The notes under the pieces are model-generated. The model was not told the DNA's origin, did no database searches, and was given only the letters and a program-made list of their open reading frames with translations. A program made the position numbers and the translations under genes. Of a DNA stretch of 64,000 bases, positions 48,897-59,205 are shown one piece after another. Numbering within the stretch: position 1 is the stretch's first letter; every line of letters begins with the position of its first letter. This DNA is from Promethearchaeota archaeon (GTDB lineage Archaea > Asgardarchaeota > Lokiarchaeia > Sigyniarchaeales > SOKP01): NCBI GenBank assembly GCA_019058445.1, contig JAHPZA010000004.1, positions 128,001 to 192,000 on the forward strand. Direction: 5' to 3'.

Positions 48897-49907
48897 TTAG
48901 AAATCTAAAATCTCCAAACCTTTTTCCACGAAACTGAACTCAAGTAATTTTCCATGTTGCTTTTTTAATAATGTTTTAATCTTTTCTTTAAATCTTGGAT
49001 TTATTAACCATATCATACATCCTCCTCCCCCTGCGCCACACACCCTCCCTCCTATACTGCCATTTCTTAGTATTAAACTGTTCAATTGTTTCATATAATC
49101 TGTAGTGAGCAGGGGATTGAATTTAGTCTTAATTTCTAAATCTTCAGTTAAGAGTTCCCCGAATTTCTCAAAATCTTCCGACACCAACGTATCTTTCATG
49201 TGGTATGCAATTTCTTTTAATTTATCTAAGAATTTTTTTGATTGTTCTTTATTTTCTGCATATGACTTGACTTGTTCTTTTACTATATTCCCACTTACAC
49301 GAGGCAATCCAGAATAAAACAATATAAGATTTTCTTCGATTTCTTTTTTAAATGAATGAGAAATTTTTATCTTTTGAACACGCACATTAGAATCTCCTAA
49401 GAATTTTAATCCATTGAATCCACCATAGACTGCAGCATATTGATCTTGACGACCTCCTAAATTCTTTAAAATATCTTGCTCAACAGAATAAGCTTTTTCC
49501 GCGATTGCATCTAATTCTATTTTTCTTTCTTCTAATTTTAATATACCTGAAATTAGACAGGTACACAAGCTTGCTGAAGCCCCCAATCCTGCTTTTTTTG
49601 GAGGTTCTCCATGAATATATACATCCATTCCTAGCTTAGGTTTTGTTAAATAAAAAACGGAATCAAACAAATTAGATGGCTGATACTCAGTATCAAAAAT
49701 CTTAATCGAATTAAATTTAAAAGGTGAAAAGGTGTCATTAGAATAAATATTAATCTCAGTATCTTCTCGTTTAGTAAAAATACATCGAAAATACCAGTTT
49801 ATAGTACTATTAATGACATAACCTCCGTAATCTGAGGGATAAGGTTCAACATCAGTGCCACCTCCTCCAAATGCTATCCTTACTGGTGTTTTCGATATTA
49901 TTGCCAT
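48897..49907 (-). CDS. GHMP sugar kinase (HddA-like)
   Basis: PVRIAFGGGGTD, AGLGAS, GGRQDQY, CGAGGGG. Confidence 0.9.
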   Translation of the reverse strand: MAIISKTPVRIAFGGGGTDVEPYPSDYGGYVINSTINWYFRCIFTKREDTEINIYSNDTFSPFKFNSIKIFDTEYQPSNLFDSVFYLTKPKLGMDVYIHGEPPKKAGLGASASLCTCLISGILKLEERKIELDAIAEKAYSVEQDILKNLGGRQDQYAAVYGGFNGLKFLGDSNVRVQKIKISHSFKKEIEENLILFYSGLPRVSGNIVKEQVKSYAENKEQSKKFLDKLKEIAYHMKDTLVSEDFEKFGELLTEDLEIKTKFNPLLTTDYMKQLNSLILRNGSIGGRVCGAGGGGCMIWLINPRFKEKIKTLLKKQHGKLLEFSFVEKGLEILDF

Positions 49908-50013
49908 TTTCTTTCGTAATTTGGTTAATTAAATGAGGGCAGATTAGTAATTATGTATACTTTGTTTAATTCAAGATATACTTTTTATTTTATCTTATTT
50001 TATTATATTTAAT

Positions 50014-51105
50014 ATGTGGTTAATTTGCCCAATAGCGGGCATAGGAAAACGTTTACAACCTTTTACTTATTCTAAACCGAAAGCATTTTTAAAAATTGCT
50101 GGAAAACGATTAATTGATCATATTCTCTTAAAATTAAAAAAGACCTTTCCACAGGGAACTAATATTTGCTTTATAGTCGGATATAAAAAACGACAAATTT
50201 CTGAATATCTCACTCAGAATTACTCAGACTATTTTAATATCCATTTTATTGAACAAAAACCTTTAGGTTATAGCGCTGACGCGCCTTATTTTTCGGGACT
50301 AGGCGATGCGATTTTATTAGCAAGAAATTTTGCTGAAAATGATGATTGTTTTATTTTCTTCAGTGATAGGCTCCCAATGGAAGATTATACCTCAATTGCC
50401 TTGACTTTTCACCAACAAGAGTGCGATGGAATTTTTAATGTAAAAAGAGTTGAGCATCCAGAATTTTATGGTGTTATAGTTTTAGATAGTGAAGGAAAAT
50501 ATTTAACTCGAATTGTAGAAAAACCTAAAGAATTTGTTTCAGATTATGCTGTGTCTGGTGCTTATTTATTCGGGAAGGAACTCATGCCACGATTATTCGA
50601 ACTTTTAGAAGAACAAAGCAAAAGTCCTCTCAAAAACGGACAAGAACACCAAATAACTCCTGTCTTAGAACAACTGATTGAAGAGGGTGTGAAATTTACG
50701 ATTAATGAAATGCAAGGTGAAATTCTCGATTTTGGCAGACCTGAAAGCTTGTTAGAAGGAAACAGGCATATATTATCTGAAATAAAATTAAAAGATCCTT
50801 CACATGAGAATTTATTCAAGTCAGGTAATATAGTAGACTCTAAAATTGTACCACCCGTGTTTATTGGTAAGAATGTAAGAGTTTATGATTCCGTTTTAGG
50901 ACCAAACGTTTCTCTTGGGGATGATGTTATTATTGATAAATGTATTTTGTCGGAGTGTGTTATAGGCGATGGAGCACACCTGAAAAAAATAATTTCATCA
51001 GAGAGCATTATAGGGGATTACTCAATTCTGGAAGATTTGATTAAAAAAAACATCACTATTGGAGATTCTTCCTATATTACAACCTCTAACATGAAATCTT
51101 TCTAA
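50014..51105 (+). CDS. Sugar-1-phosphate nucleotidyltransferase with C-terminal beta-helix
   Basis: AGIGKRLQPFTYSKPK, GLGDA, VEKP, DFGRPE. Confidence 0.9.
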   Translation: MWLICPIAGIGKRLQPFTYSKPKAFLKIAGKRLIDHILLKLKKTFPQGTNICFIVGYKKRQISEYLTQNYSDYFNIHFIEQKPLGYSADAPYFSGLGDAILLARNFAENDDCFIFFSDRLPMEDYTSIALTFHQQECDGIFNVKRVEHPEFYGVIVLDSEGKYLTRIVEKPKEFVSDYAVSGAYLFGKELMPRLFELLEEQSKSPLKNGQEHQITPVLEQLIEEGVKFTINEMQGEILDFGRPESLLEGNRHILSEIKLKDPSHENLFKSGNIVDSKIVPPVFIGKNVRVYDSVLGPNVSLGDDVIIDKCILSECVIGDGAHLKKIISSESIIGDYSILEDLIKKNITIGDSSYITTSNMKSF

Positions 51106-51126
51106 GAAAAAATTAAAAAAAAAAGA

Positions 51127-52542
51127 TTAACCAATATTTGGTCTTTTATCTTGCCAAGGAGCTACTTCTTCGAAAGCTTTTGAAACTTGAAGAACAGTTT
51201 TTTCATCATATCTCTTTCCAATAATCTGCATTCCAATTGGTAACCCGTTTATCCAACCACAAGGAATTGACGCGGCGGGAAGTCCGGTCATGTTAAATGG
51301 ATATGTATAATTCATCCAACCCACAAATGATACACCTTTTCCAGCGATCATTGGAACAGTTGTGGCACCCAACTCAAATGCAGGTACAGGCGTTGTAGGA
51401 GTAAGTAAAATATCATAGTCTTCAAATAATTTGTGAAATACATCATAGACTGTCTGTCTTACTGCCCAAGCTTTACCTATGTCCATCGCATTATATGAAA
51501 TCCCAGCCTCAATTAAGCGCTTTAAATCAGGGCTTAAATCGTCAGGTCTTTTGCTCAGATCTTTTTTTAAATCAAACGCATAACCCATGGTGACTAGTAC
51601 ATTGAATCCAAATTCAGGCTTTCTTAATTTAATTTTTGCTTCTTCTACGTTCCAACTAAAATTTTCAAATTTTGGAACACTTTCAAGGAACTTTTTTTCA
51701 ACCTCGGGTTCAATTGCTTTAGAAAATCCTAAATCAATGGAATAACCAATTTTCAGGTTTTTAGGGATCTCTTTAAGGCTTTTTACGTAATCCGTACCCT
51801 CATCTGGAAATGTGTTTTTATCAAAAGGATGAAATCCTTTCATAACGTCCAACATTAACGCAGCATCCTTCACATATCGGACAATTGGTCCATAATGATC
51901 CATTGACCAAAATGCGATTCCAATAGGAGGATACCGTGGAATTCGCCCAAATGTTGGCTTTAAACCATAAACACCACATAAACAACTTGGAAGTCGAATT
52001 GAGCCTCCACCATCAGATCCTAAAGCTAATGGTCCTAAACCACTAGCGACTGATGCTGCTGCTCCACCACTTGAACCCCCGGAGGTTTTTTCTAAATTCC
52101 AAGGATTTTTAGTCTGACCAAAGATGTAATTTTGAGTAACTGGAATATGTCCGAATTCAGGTGTATTTGTTTTTCCCATTAATACGCAATTTGCATTTAA
52201 TAACCTTTGAACAGCTAGATCGTTTTGTTTGGGGATAAAGTCTTTATATAATTTAGAACCATAAGTTGTTCTAACACCTTTAGTTTGCATTAAATCTTTT
52301 ATACTTGTGGGAATACCATGCAAAAGTCCTAATTTTTCACCTTTTTTAACCGCCTCATCGGCCTTTTTAGCCATTTCCCTTGCTAAATCTAAAGTGGGTG
52401 TGCAATAAGCATTAATTATCGGATTTATTTTTTCAATTCTTTCAATTATAGCTTCGGTAATTTCTACAGAGGTTATGTCTTGAGTTTTTATTTTTTCGGC
52501 CATATCACAAGCAGACATATAACAAATATCTTCCTTATTCAT
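51127..52542 (-). CDS. Amidase signature family protein
   Basis: HGIPTSIKD, GKTNTPEFG, GGSSGG, GSDGGGSIRLP. Start placed at MNKED (52542); the ORF track starts at 52632. Confidence 0.92.
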   Translation of the reverse strand: MNKEDICYMSACDMAEKIKTQDITSVEITEAIIERIEKINPIINAYCTPTLDLAREMAKKADEAVKKGEKLGLLHGIPTSIKDLMQTKGVRTTYGSKLYKDFIPKQNDLAVQRLLNANCVLMGKTNTPEFGHIPVTQNYIFGQTKNPWNLEKTSGGSSGGAAASVASGLGPLALGSDGGGSIRLPSCLCGVYGLKPTFGRIPRYPPIGIAFWSMDHYGPIVRYVKDAALMLDVMKGFHPFDKNTFPDEGTDYVKSLKEIPKNLKIGYSIDLGFSKAIEPEVEKKFLESVPKFENFSWNVEEAKIKLRKPEFGFNVLVTMGYAFDLKKDLSKRPDDLSPDLKRLIEAGISYNAMDIGKAWAVRQTVYDVFHKLFEDYDILLTPTTPVPAFELGATTVPMIAGKGVSFVGWMNYTYPFNMTGLPAASIPCGWINGLPIGMQIIGKRYDEKTVLQVSKAFEEVAPWQDKRPNIG

Positions 52543-52669
52543 TTTCGCTCCACTTAAAGAATAGTTAATTGAAATATAATTAGTTAATTTAAAATTTAAA
52601 TTTTGATTATTTAAAATAATAATTCTGAACAAAAATTGAAAAACACTAGACTATTAATTAGAAAGAAGA

Positions 52670-53332
52670 TTGAAATATAAGAAATTATTTTTTTACAGTT
52701 TTCTCTTAGTAACTATTTTTTCATTGTTTTTGAGTGTAAATGTGTATGCTCAAGACTATAAATTTGATCACGAGGAGGATGATTCATTCGTGTGGGAATG
52801 TACAGAGCTAAACAAATATGAGTTTGAACGAGTCTTTGGATTTGAACCCTCCTTCGAAAAAGGGGATAAAACCAGGAGAACTATTCAGGATGTTGATGAA
52901 AATGCCGATGGATGGTTTGTAACTGTAGAATTTTGGGATTTTCAAAAGGATTGGGATGAGGATGGTGCGATTATATATGAACAAGTATATGACAGCCCAA
53001 GTGACTATGAGGACAACATTTTTTTACCCACCCCCGTAAATGAATATCTGGCTGATGCAAGTGACGATTTACCCTCAAATTATATAGTAGAAGGGCAAAG
53101 AGTCACTATTAGAGAAACAGAATATGATCGGATTCTTGAGTATGATGCTAACGGAGTTTTATTTTCAGAATCATATGAAAATAAAGACGGAATTGTTTTA
53201 GTAAAGGTAGAAAGTACTTTACGAATTATCCCTATGGGAAATTTCTTTATTGGATTTATTATTTTAGCTGTTCTATCTATCATTGTTGTAATGATAAAGA
53301 AGAAAAAGTATTTGATAGTCGAATATATTTAG
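52670..53332 (+). CDS. Secreted/surface protein with C-terminal membrane anchor
   Basis: N-terminal signal-like segment, acidic body, IPMG followed by a TM segment and KKKK. Confidence 0.75.
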   Translation: MKYKKLFFYSFLLVTIFSLFLSVNVYAQDYKFDHEEDDSFVWECTELNKYEFERVFGFEPSFEKGDKTRRTIQDVDENADGWFVTVEFWDFQKDWDEDGAIIYEQVYDSPSDYEDNIFLPTPVNEYLADASDDLPSNYIVEGQRVTIRETEYDRILEYDANGVLFSESYENKDGIVLVKVESTLRIIPMGNFFIGFIILAVLSIIVVMIKKKKYLIVEYI

Positions 53333-53461
53333 ATGTAATGAATCTTTTCCCAGTTTCTTAGCTAAATCAATATTTAGTCATTATGTTTTCAAATCAAAAG
53401 TATTATATTAGCCATTATTATATAATGCTTAGATATAAGAATAGTTAAAAGTGAATTTTAA

Positions 53462-55126
53462 ATGTCAAGTTTAAGTCTTAAAAAATTAGCAAATTTTTCC
53501 GGACGCGATGGTCCTCTCGTTTTAATCATTATGGATGGAATAGGGATTGGAAAGGAAGAGAACAATAATGCCTTCTATTTAGCGAAAACATCGTTTTTGG
53601 ATAAATTAAAGCAAGATTGTATTAAGATGAAATTATACACAGAACTTAAGGCACATGGAACTGCTGTAGGACTCCCTTCAGATGAAGAGATGGGAAACAG
53701 CGAAGTAGGTCATAATGCATTTGGAGCAGGAAATATTGTTAAGCAAAGAGCACGTTTAGCCAAGGAAGCTATTGAGAGTAAAAAACTATTTAATAGCCAT
53801 AAATGGTTAAAACTTATGGAATACATACATACAACTAGTAGTACATTACATTTCATAGGATTATTATCTGATGGATATGTTCATAGCCACATCTCCCATT
53901 TATTAGGATTATTATATGGATCATTTAATTCTAACATTAAGAAAGTAAGAATCCATACGCTTTTTGATGGGAGAGATGTTCCCCCTCAATCAGCTCCGTT
54001 ATATATTGAGGAATTAGAAAAGGTACTTAATAACATCATGGAAACAAAGGATCTTGACTATAAAATCGCTTCTGGAGGGGGAAGGATGAGAGTTACGATG
54101 GATAGGTATAATTCAGATTGGGAAGTAGTCAGAAGAGGGTGGGAGGCTCATGTATGTGGAATCCCTGAGAGATTTCCAGGGTATAAAGGGTATTTTTTTA
54201 CTGCAAGAGAAGCGGTAAATCAAGCTAGAATTATAGATCCTAATATTCTTGATCAATATTTACCCTCTTTTGTAATTGTAAACGAATCGCAATTTCCGAT
54301 TGGAAAAATGGAGGAAGGGGATGCTGTAATTTATTTCAATTTTCGAGGAGATAGAGCCATCCAAATTTCAAGAGCATTTGATGAGGACAAGTTCTCTGAG
54401 TTTGAAAAAAAATGTAACCCTAAAGTGCATTATTATGGCTTATTGCAGTATGACGATAAACTTATGATTCCAAAAAATTATTTCATCGATCCACCTAAAA
54501 TATACAATACTCTATCGGATTATTTATCATCAGAGGGAGTGAGGGAATTCGCGATCGCAGAGACTCATAAGTATGGACACATTACATATTTTTGGAGAGG
54601 AAATCGGGATATAAAAATCAAAGGTGAAGATTGTATGGAAATTAAATCGGATCCTTCCGAAACTATCAAAGATCAACCAGAAATGAAAGCATTTGAAGTA
54701 AAGAGGGAGTTGGAAAGTGCAATTTTATCAGGAAATTATAAATTTTTGAGAGTTAATTTTGCAAATGGGGATATGGTTGGTCATACAGGAGATATCGATG
54801 CTGCTATCATCGCAGCCGAGACCGTTGATAAATGTGTTATGGAGATAGTGGACATAGTAAATGAATTGGGCGGGCTCACAATAATTACTGCAGATCATGG
54901 AAATATCGACGAAATGGAAAAATATAAAACAGCTCATACTTTAAATCCTGTAATGTTTGCAATTGTGGACTCTGGATATTATGATATGTACCATGTAACC
55001 AACAAATATGTAATAAATGAAAATCTCCAAGAACCAGCATTGGGGAATGTCGCCGCTACAATACTTAACTTACTCGGTTATGAAAAACCCGAAGATTATT
55101 TGGATTCCTTAATAACTTTCATTTAG
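53462..55126 (+). CDS. gpmI: 2,3-bisphosphoglycerate-independent phosphoglycerate mutase
   Basis: IMDGIG, MGNSEVGH, LSDGYVHSH, DGRD, MDRY, NFRGDR, NGDMVGH, TADHGN. Confidence 0.95.
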   Translation: MSSLSLKKLANFSGRDGPLVLIIMDGIGIGKEENNNAFYLAKTSFLDKLKQDCIKMKLYTELKAHGTAVGLPSDEEMGNSEVGHNAFGAGNIVKQRARLAKEAIESKKLFNSHKWLKLMEYIHTTSSTLHFIGLLSDGYVHSHISHLLGLLYGSFNSNIKKVRIHTLFDGRDVPPQSAPLYIEELEKVLNNIMETKDLDYKIASGGGRMRVTMDRYNSDWEVVRRGWEAHVCGIPERFPGYKGYFFTAREAVNQARIIDPNILDQYLPSFVIVNESQFPIGKMEEGDAVIYFNFRGDRAIQISRAFDEDKFSEFEKKCNPKVHYYGLLQYDDKLMIPKNYFIDPPKIYNTLSDYLSSEGVREFAIAETHKYGHITYFWRGNRDIKIKGEDCMEIKSDPSETIKDQPEMKAFEVKRELESAILSGNYKFLRVNFANGDMVGHTGDIDAAIIAAETVDKCVMEIVDIVNELGGLTIITADHGNIDEMEKYKTAHTLNPVMFAIVDSGYYDMYHVTNKYVINENLQEPALGNVAATILNLLGYEKPEDYLDSLITFI

Positions 55127-55168
55127 TTGAACAATTCTTTTATTATTATAAGAAATATATAGATTAAC

Positions 55169-56272
55169 ATGATTGAAGATTTACTTATCATTAATGATTC
55201 GGGTCTTCTCTTATTCGGCTGGCATCCTGAAGAAGCAACCGGAGAGGACCAAGATAATCTAATTAGTGGTTTCTTTACTGCACTTAATTCTTTTGCCACC
55301 TTTGAAAAAGGAGAGGATTTAAAATCTATAAAACTAAGAGAATCCACTATTATTTTCGAGAAATATGAAAAATTATTTCAAAAGCTAGTTTTCATAATAA
55401 CTACTAAAAATGAACAAATGATTACTTTACTTCATTCTATTGTTCATGTTATAATGGATTCCTTTATTGATAACTACACTGAAGAATTAGATAAAGAATT
55501 CGATGGATCTGTCAGTACTTTTCGTGATTTCACAGAAATAATAAGTCAAATCTTAAGTGATTTTGGAATGGATTTGATTTTGCATGATATTGCTCGAATA
55601 GATGATAAAGATATCTTAAAAGCATTTATTTTACTCAACCCTCTTGATGGGAATATACTGTTTATTCATGCAAAACAATATATTAATAAAGAAGATATTA
55701 GCTTTCTAGTACCTCTTATGAAAAATACCGGACAAATGGTGGCCCATATTTCTAATGAAAATTTGAATATAATCACTCTTACAACTATCAAAAACGAACA
55801 CTTAGAATTGATATTTCGAGAAAGAGTTGTGGTAGTGAGATTCTACGTAATTGATAAGAAATCTGATGATCATTTATTAGTATTAGACTTCATAAAAAAT
55901 AAAGAAAAATTACTAAAGAAATCAAAAAAAGTAGAAAAAATGCTTGGTAATATTCATTGGGGTTCAAATATTAGATCTGTTATTTTTATCGATTTATTAG
56001 GTAATATATTATTCTCAAAAGTAATGGAAAACGCAAGTTATTTTTTGAAAAATACTACAGAAATTATTAGTTTTATAAGTTCTTGTAAAAAAGCGAGTGA
56101 AACAATTTTTAACAAAGACATGTTTTCCTCGTCTATTGTAAGTCAACAAAACTCAGCAATTTGTATAAATTTAAATACAAGCATTTTATTCGCAGTAATG
56201 GATAATATGGAATCTTCCTATAATTTTCAAGAATTAAGAGATACCGGTCGAGAATTACTCAAAAAAATTTGA
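55169..56272 (+). CDS. Longin/roadblock-like repeat protein (candidate eukaryotic signature protein)
   Basis: N-terminal LLIINDSGLLLF...LISGFFTALNSFA; two further related units start FILLNPLDGNILF and VIFIDLLGNILF. Confidence 0.65.
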   Translation: MIEDLLIINDSGLLLFGWHPEEATGEDQDNLISGFFTALNSFATFEKGEDLKSIKLRESTIIFEKYEKLFQKLVFIITTKNEQMITLLHSIVHVIMDSFIDNYTEELDKEFDGSVSTFRDFTEIISQILSDFGMDLILHDIARIDDKDILKAFILLNPLDGNILFIHAKQYINKEDISFLVPLMKNTGQMVAHISNENLNIITLTTIKNEHLELIFRERVVVVRFYVIDKKSDDHLLVLDFIKNKEKLLKKSKKVEKMLGNIHWGSNIRSVIFIDLLGNILFSKVMENASYFLKNTTEIISFISSCKKASETIFNKDMFSSSIVSQQNSAICINLNTSILFAVMDNMESSYNFQELRDTGRELLKKI

Positions 56273-56352
56273 ATTTATATTTATAAGTTATAAAATTTAT
56301 AAACTAAACATATAATCATATTAATTAAAGAAAACAAATTAAAGATGTTATT

Positions 56353-57411
56353 ATGGTTGATCTTTGGGTTGAACTTCTCATTATCCAAACTATATTTGGA
56401 TACTGCTTTGTAATTGCAAATGATCTTATTGGTTTATACAACGCTAAAGATCTCAACGTAATGAAAAGTGATTTGACTTTTGTAAAATACCACAAACTAT
56501 TCGGACGAATAGAAGTTTCAGTATTTTATATTGTAGCCGCCCAATGTCTATATATGCTCTATGTTCATATGACAGTCGGGGACCCTAACTTGTACAGACC
56601 TACAGGTCTTGCGGCTCACACATGGATTGGCGGATTTTTAGCCGTTGTGCTCGTTACGATAAAATTCATTATAGCTCGATTTAAAAAAGATGAAATTTAC
56701 AAGTATGGTATTATAATCGGACCAATTGGATTTATCGGATGGAGTTTATCTCATTGGACAAGCTTGTATAATTTTTATTTTGTGGTATTACCTAGTTCAG
56801 GAGATACCACTACAATTGCTCCAAATAATTTCATTTGGGCTGCAATTTTTCCGTTTTTTGTGGGAATTGCATTATTCATGTTTGTTTTGATTAAGAGAGG
56901 GCATCAGAGAAAAGAAAGAGGACGTTTCGCATTCGATCAAATCGCATTTTTATTACATGGCATAACTTTTGGCTATGAAAAATCTGCTAAAGAATTATTA
57001 GGTACCCCCGCTCTTTTCAAATACGTAGTACCTCAAACATATGAATTTATTGAAAAGATGATGACGATGTCCGGATTTGATATGAAGAAGCTTGAAAGCA
57101 TGAGCATTTCTGATGCGATGAAAGAATTTATGAAAATGGCAGCAAAATTAGGTATGGCAGAAAAAGTTAAAATAAGATGGGAATCCGAAAATGTGTTTAC
57201 TATTGAATCTATAAATTGTTCTACTGCCGCGGTTCGCAGTGTCATGACTCCTGAAGAGCTGACCAATGCCGTATGTCCTTGGGCCCTTATTACAGCAGCA
57301 ATTATGAATAAAATCACCGGAAAAGAACTGAAATTTGAGCCTTCAGAATTTAATCAAATCGGAGCAAGCACAAGGCTCACTATTGTAGATAAACCCTCAT
57401 CATCCCAATAA
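56353..57411 (+). CDS. Membrane protein with His-containing TM domain and C-terminal V4R-like domain
   Basis: About 5 TM segments with YHKLFGR and AAHTWIG; soluble tail with SINCS...VCPW. Confidence 0.6.
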   Translation: MVDLWVELLIIQTIFGYCFVIANDLIGLYNAKDLNVMKSDLTFVKYHKLFGRIEVSVFYIVAAQCLYMLYVHMTVGDPNLYRPTGLAAHTWIGGFLAVVLVTIKFIIARFKKDEIYKYGIIIGPIGFIGWSLSHWTSLYNFYFVVLPSSGDTTTIAPNNFIWAAIFPFFVGIALFMFVLIKRGHQRKERGRFAFDQIAFLLHGITFGYEKSAKELLGTPALFKYVVPQTYEFIEKMMTMSGFDMKKLESMSISDAMKEFMKMAAKLGMAEKVKIRWESENVFTIESINCSTAAVRSVMTPEELTNAVCPWALITAAIMNKITGKELKFEPSEFNQIGASTRLTIVDKPSSSQ

Positions 57412-57414
57412 TCT

Positions 57415-57963
57415 ATGAAACTTGGAAAAAATTATACGATTCATTCTGAGTTAGCTTTACCATATTTGGAAACTCCAGAAGACCACATAAGAGCAATTTT
57501 TAAAACTCTGGAGATAAAGTTTGGATTGAAAAGAGATTCGAAGCAAAAATTAATTGACTTAGGGTGTGGTGATGGACGAGTTGTGTTATATGCAGCATTA
57601 AATTATGGCGTCTTATCAATAGGCTACGAAATTAATCCAGATTTAGTGAAAGAGGCTTTAGAGCAAAAAGACCTCTTGAAAAAAGAGAAAAAGTATAAAA
57701 GTAAATATTTTCGGAAAATAAAAATCAAAATGGGAGATTTATTTAACCTCAATTTAAAAAAATATGATTTTATTTACATATTTTCTCTTCCTACTATGCA
57801 AAAATTTTTACATCACGTATTTCAAACAGCTAAACCAAAAGCAACCTTCATCTCATACAAATATCCCCTTGATCAATTTAAAACTTATTTAAAACTACAT
57901 TACAAAATGACTATTCAGAGTGAAAGCCGGGAAACTTATATATATTTCTATAGGATGATGTGA
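57415..57963 (+). CDS. Class I SAM-dependent methyltransferase
   Basis: PYLET, IDLGCGDGR, GYEIN, GDLF. Confidence 0.88.
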   Translation: MKLGKNYTIHSELALPYLETPEDHIRAIFKTLEIKFGLKRDSKQKLIDLGCGDGRVVLYAALNYGVLSIGYEINPDLVKEALEQKDLLKKEKKYKSKYFRKIKIKMGDLFNLNLKKYDFIYIFSLPTMQKFLHHVFQTAKPKATFISYKYPLDQFKTYLKLHYKMTIQSESRETYIYFYRMM

Positions 57964-58086
57964 ATAAGCACAAAAAATTTCAATTATAGGGCTTATTCTC
58001 AATACTAACTTTAGATTAGTAAGGTAAGTTTAAATTAGTTATTTATGATATCTTTTATAAATCTAACAAAAAATAGTTGATAGAAA

Positions 58087-58614
58087 ATGAGTTTGGCAGA
58101 TACTTTAGCAAAGGCTAAATTTAAAGAAGAATCCAAGGGCTTCCGACATAAATTGTCCGTATTTATTCTAATCATAATTGTGCTGGGATATATCTTTTTA
58201 TTTGGATATTTAGCCTATGTTTCAGCCTCGGCATATGGGATAAGATTTGAAGTAAAGGATTTTGAAGACTCCCAACCAACCAATACCTCAATAGGTATTG
58301 ATGGAAGTGTGATTATAAAGAATACGCACTGGTATTCAGCGGATATAACTAATATTAAGATAAAAATGAGTATATACACTGATGATGATGTGAAGATTAA
58401 ATCGAAAACAGTTGAAAAAAAGATTATTCCGAGACTAAAAAAATCCGAGATTGATTTAGATTTTACCTTTGAACCAGAAGATTTTGATAACTTTGCGGAT
58501 TTTGAGAGTTTAAACCACACAGACGAGCTCGAGATTAAATTCGACGTTGTATTTACATATGCTTATGTTTATACTATAGATTTTGAAATTACCATGGACA
58601 CGGAGTTGGAATAG
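58087..58614 (+). CDS. Single-TM protein with LEA_2/Ig-like beta domain
   Basis: One TM segment, then a beta-rich region with IKN...ITNIKI. Confidence 0.55.
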   Translation: MSLADTLAKAKFKEESKGFRHKLSVFILIIIVLGYIFLFGYLAYVSASAYGIRFEVKDFEDSQPTNTSIGIDGSVIIKNTHWYSADITNIKIKMSIYTDDDVKIKSKTVEKKIIPRLKKSEIDLDFTFEPEDFDNFADFESLNHTDELEIKFDVVFTYAYVYTIDFEITMDTELE

Positions 58615-58628
58615 AGGTGATCAAATAA

Positions 58629-59102
58629 ATGGGCTATTGGATAAATTGGGTTACACTCTTTAGAAATTTAATAACATCCGTGCTTTTTGGATTGGTTATA
58701 CCGTATTATCTAATAAATTATATTGATCCTCAGGGTAACCTTTTTGATTTAGGAGCGGTTCTCTTTAACGGGATTATTTTTGTTGTGGTATATACCATCT
58801 ACGGAATCTTTAAAAAAGATTTGGTTATTCGATTTCTTATAGGTATTGGTTGGATAGCTACATTAGTTTACTTCTATACTGTAGGAAATAATTTCTTTAC
58901 TTTCTATTTACCGGGCTGTGGTTTTGGGTATTCTTGTCTTGATGGAAGCTATAGGGGAATAGATTTTAAATTCGGATATAATTACGCTTGGGTAATTTAT
59001 GCTATGCTTGGCTTAAAAGGCTTAAATCTTCTCAGGCATCTAGTTAAACCTCCAGAGCAAAAATATAAATATTTAACAATTAGCGACAGATTTAGCAAAT
59101 AA
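58629..59102 (+). CDS. Membrane protein of unknown function
   Basis: 4 hydrophobic segments; GAGGTGA RBS upstream. Confidence 0.7.
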   Translation: MGYWINWVTLFRNLITSVLFGLVIPYYLINYIDPQGNLFDLGAVLFNGIIFVVVYTIYGIFKKDLVIRFLIGIGWIATLVYFYTVGNNFFTFYLPGCGFGYSCLDGSYRGIDFKFGYNYAWVIYAMLGLKGLNLLRHLVKPPEQKYKYLTISDRFSK

Positions 59103-59205
59103 GCTAATTTTTTTTTTTATTATATTTCAGTTTATTAAACTTCTATATTATACATAAAAATAAAGAATTTAATTAGAATAATTGAAAGAAACTTATAAAA
59201 GTGCT

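Noticed and set aside
51127-52542. Amidase as GatA
   Set aside because: No gatB/gatC nearby, and the sequence looks like a generic amidase; symbol not assigned.
54970-55010. BHB-like pattern in gpmI (CUGG AUA ... CCAA CAA)
   Set aside because: The helix has a C-A mismatch, and splicing at the standard positions would create an in-frame TAA; the gene is already open.
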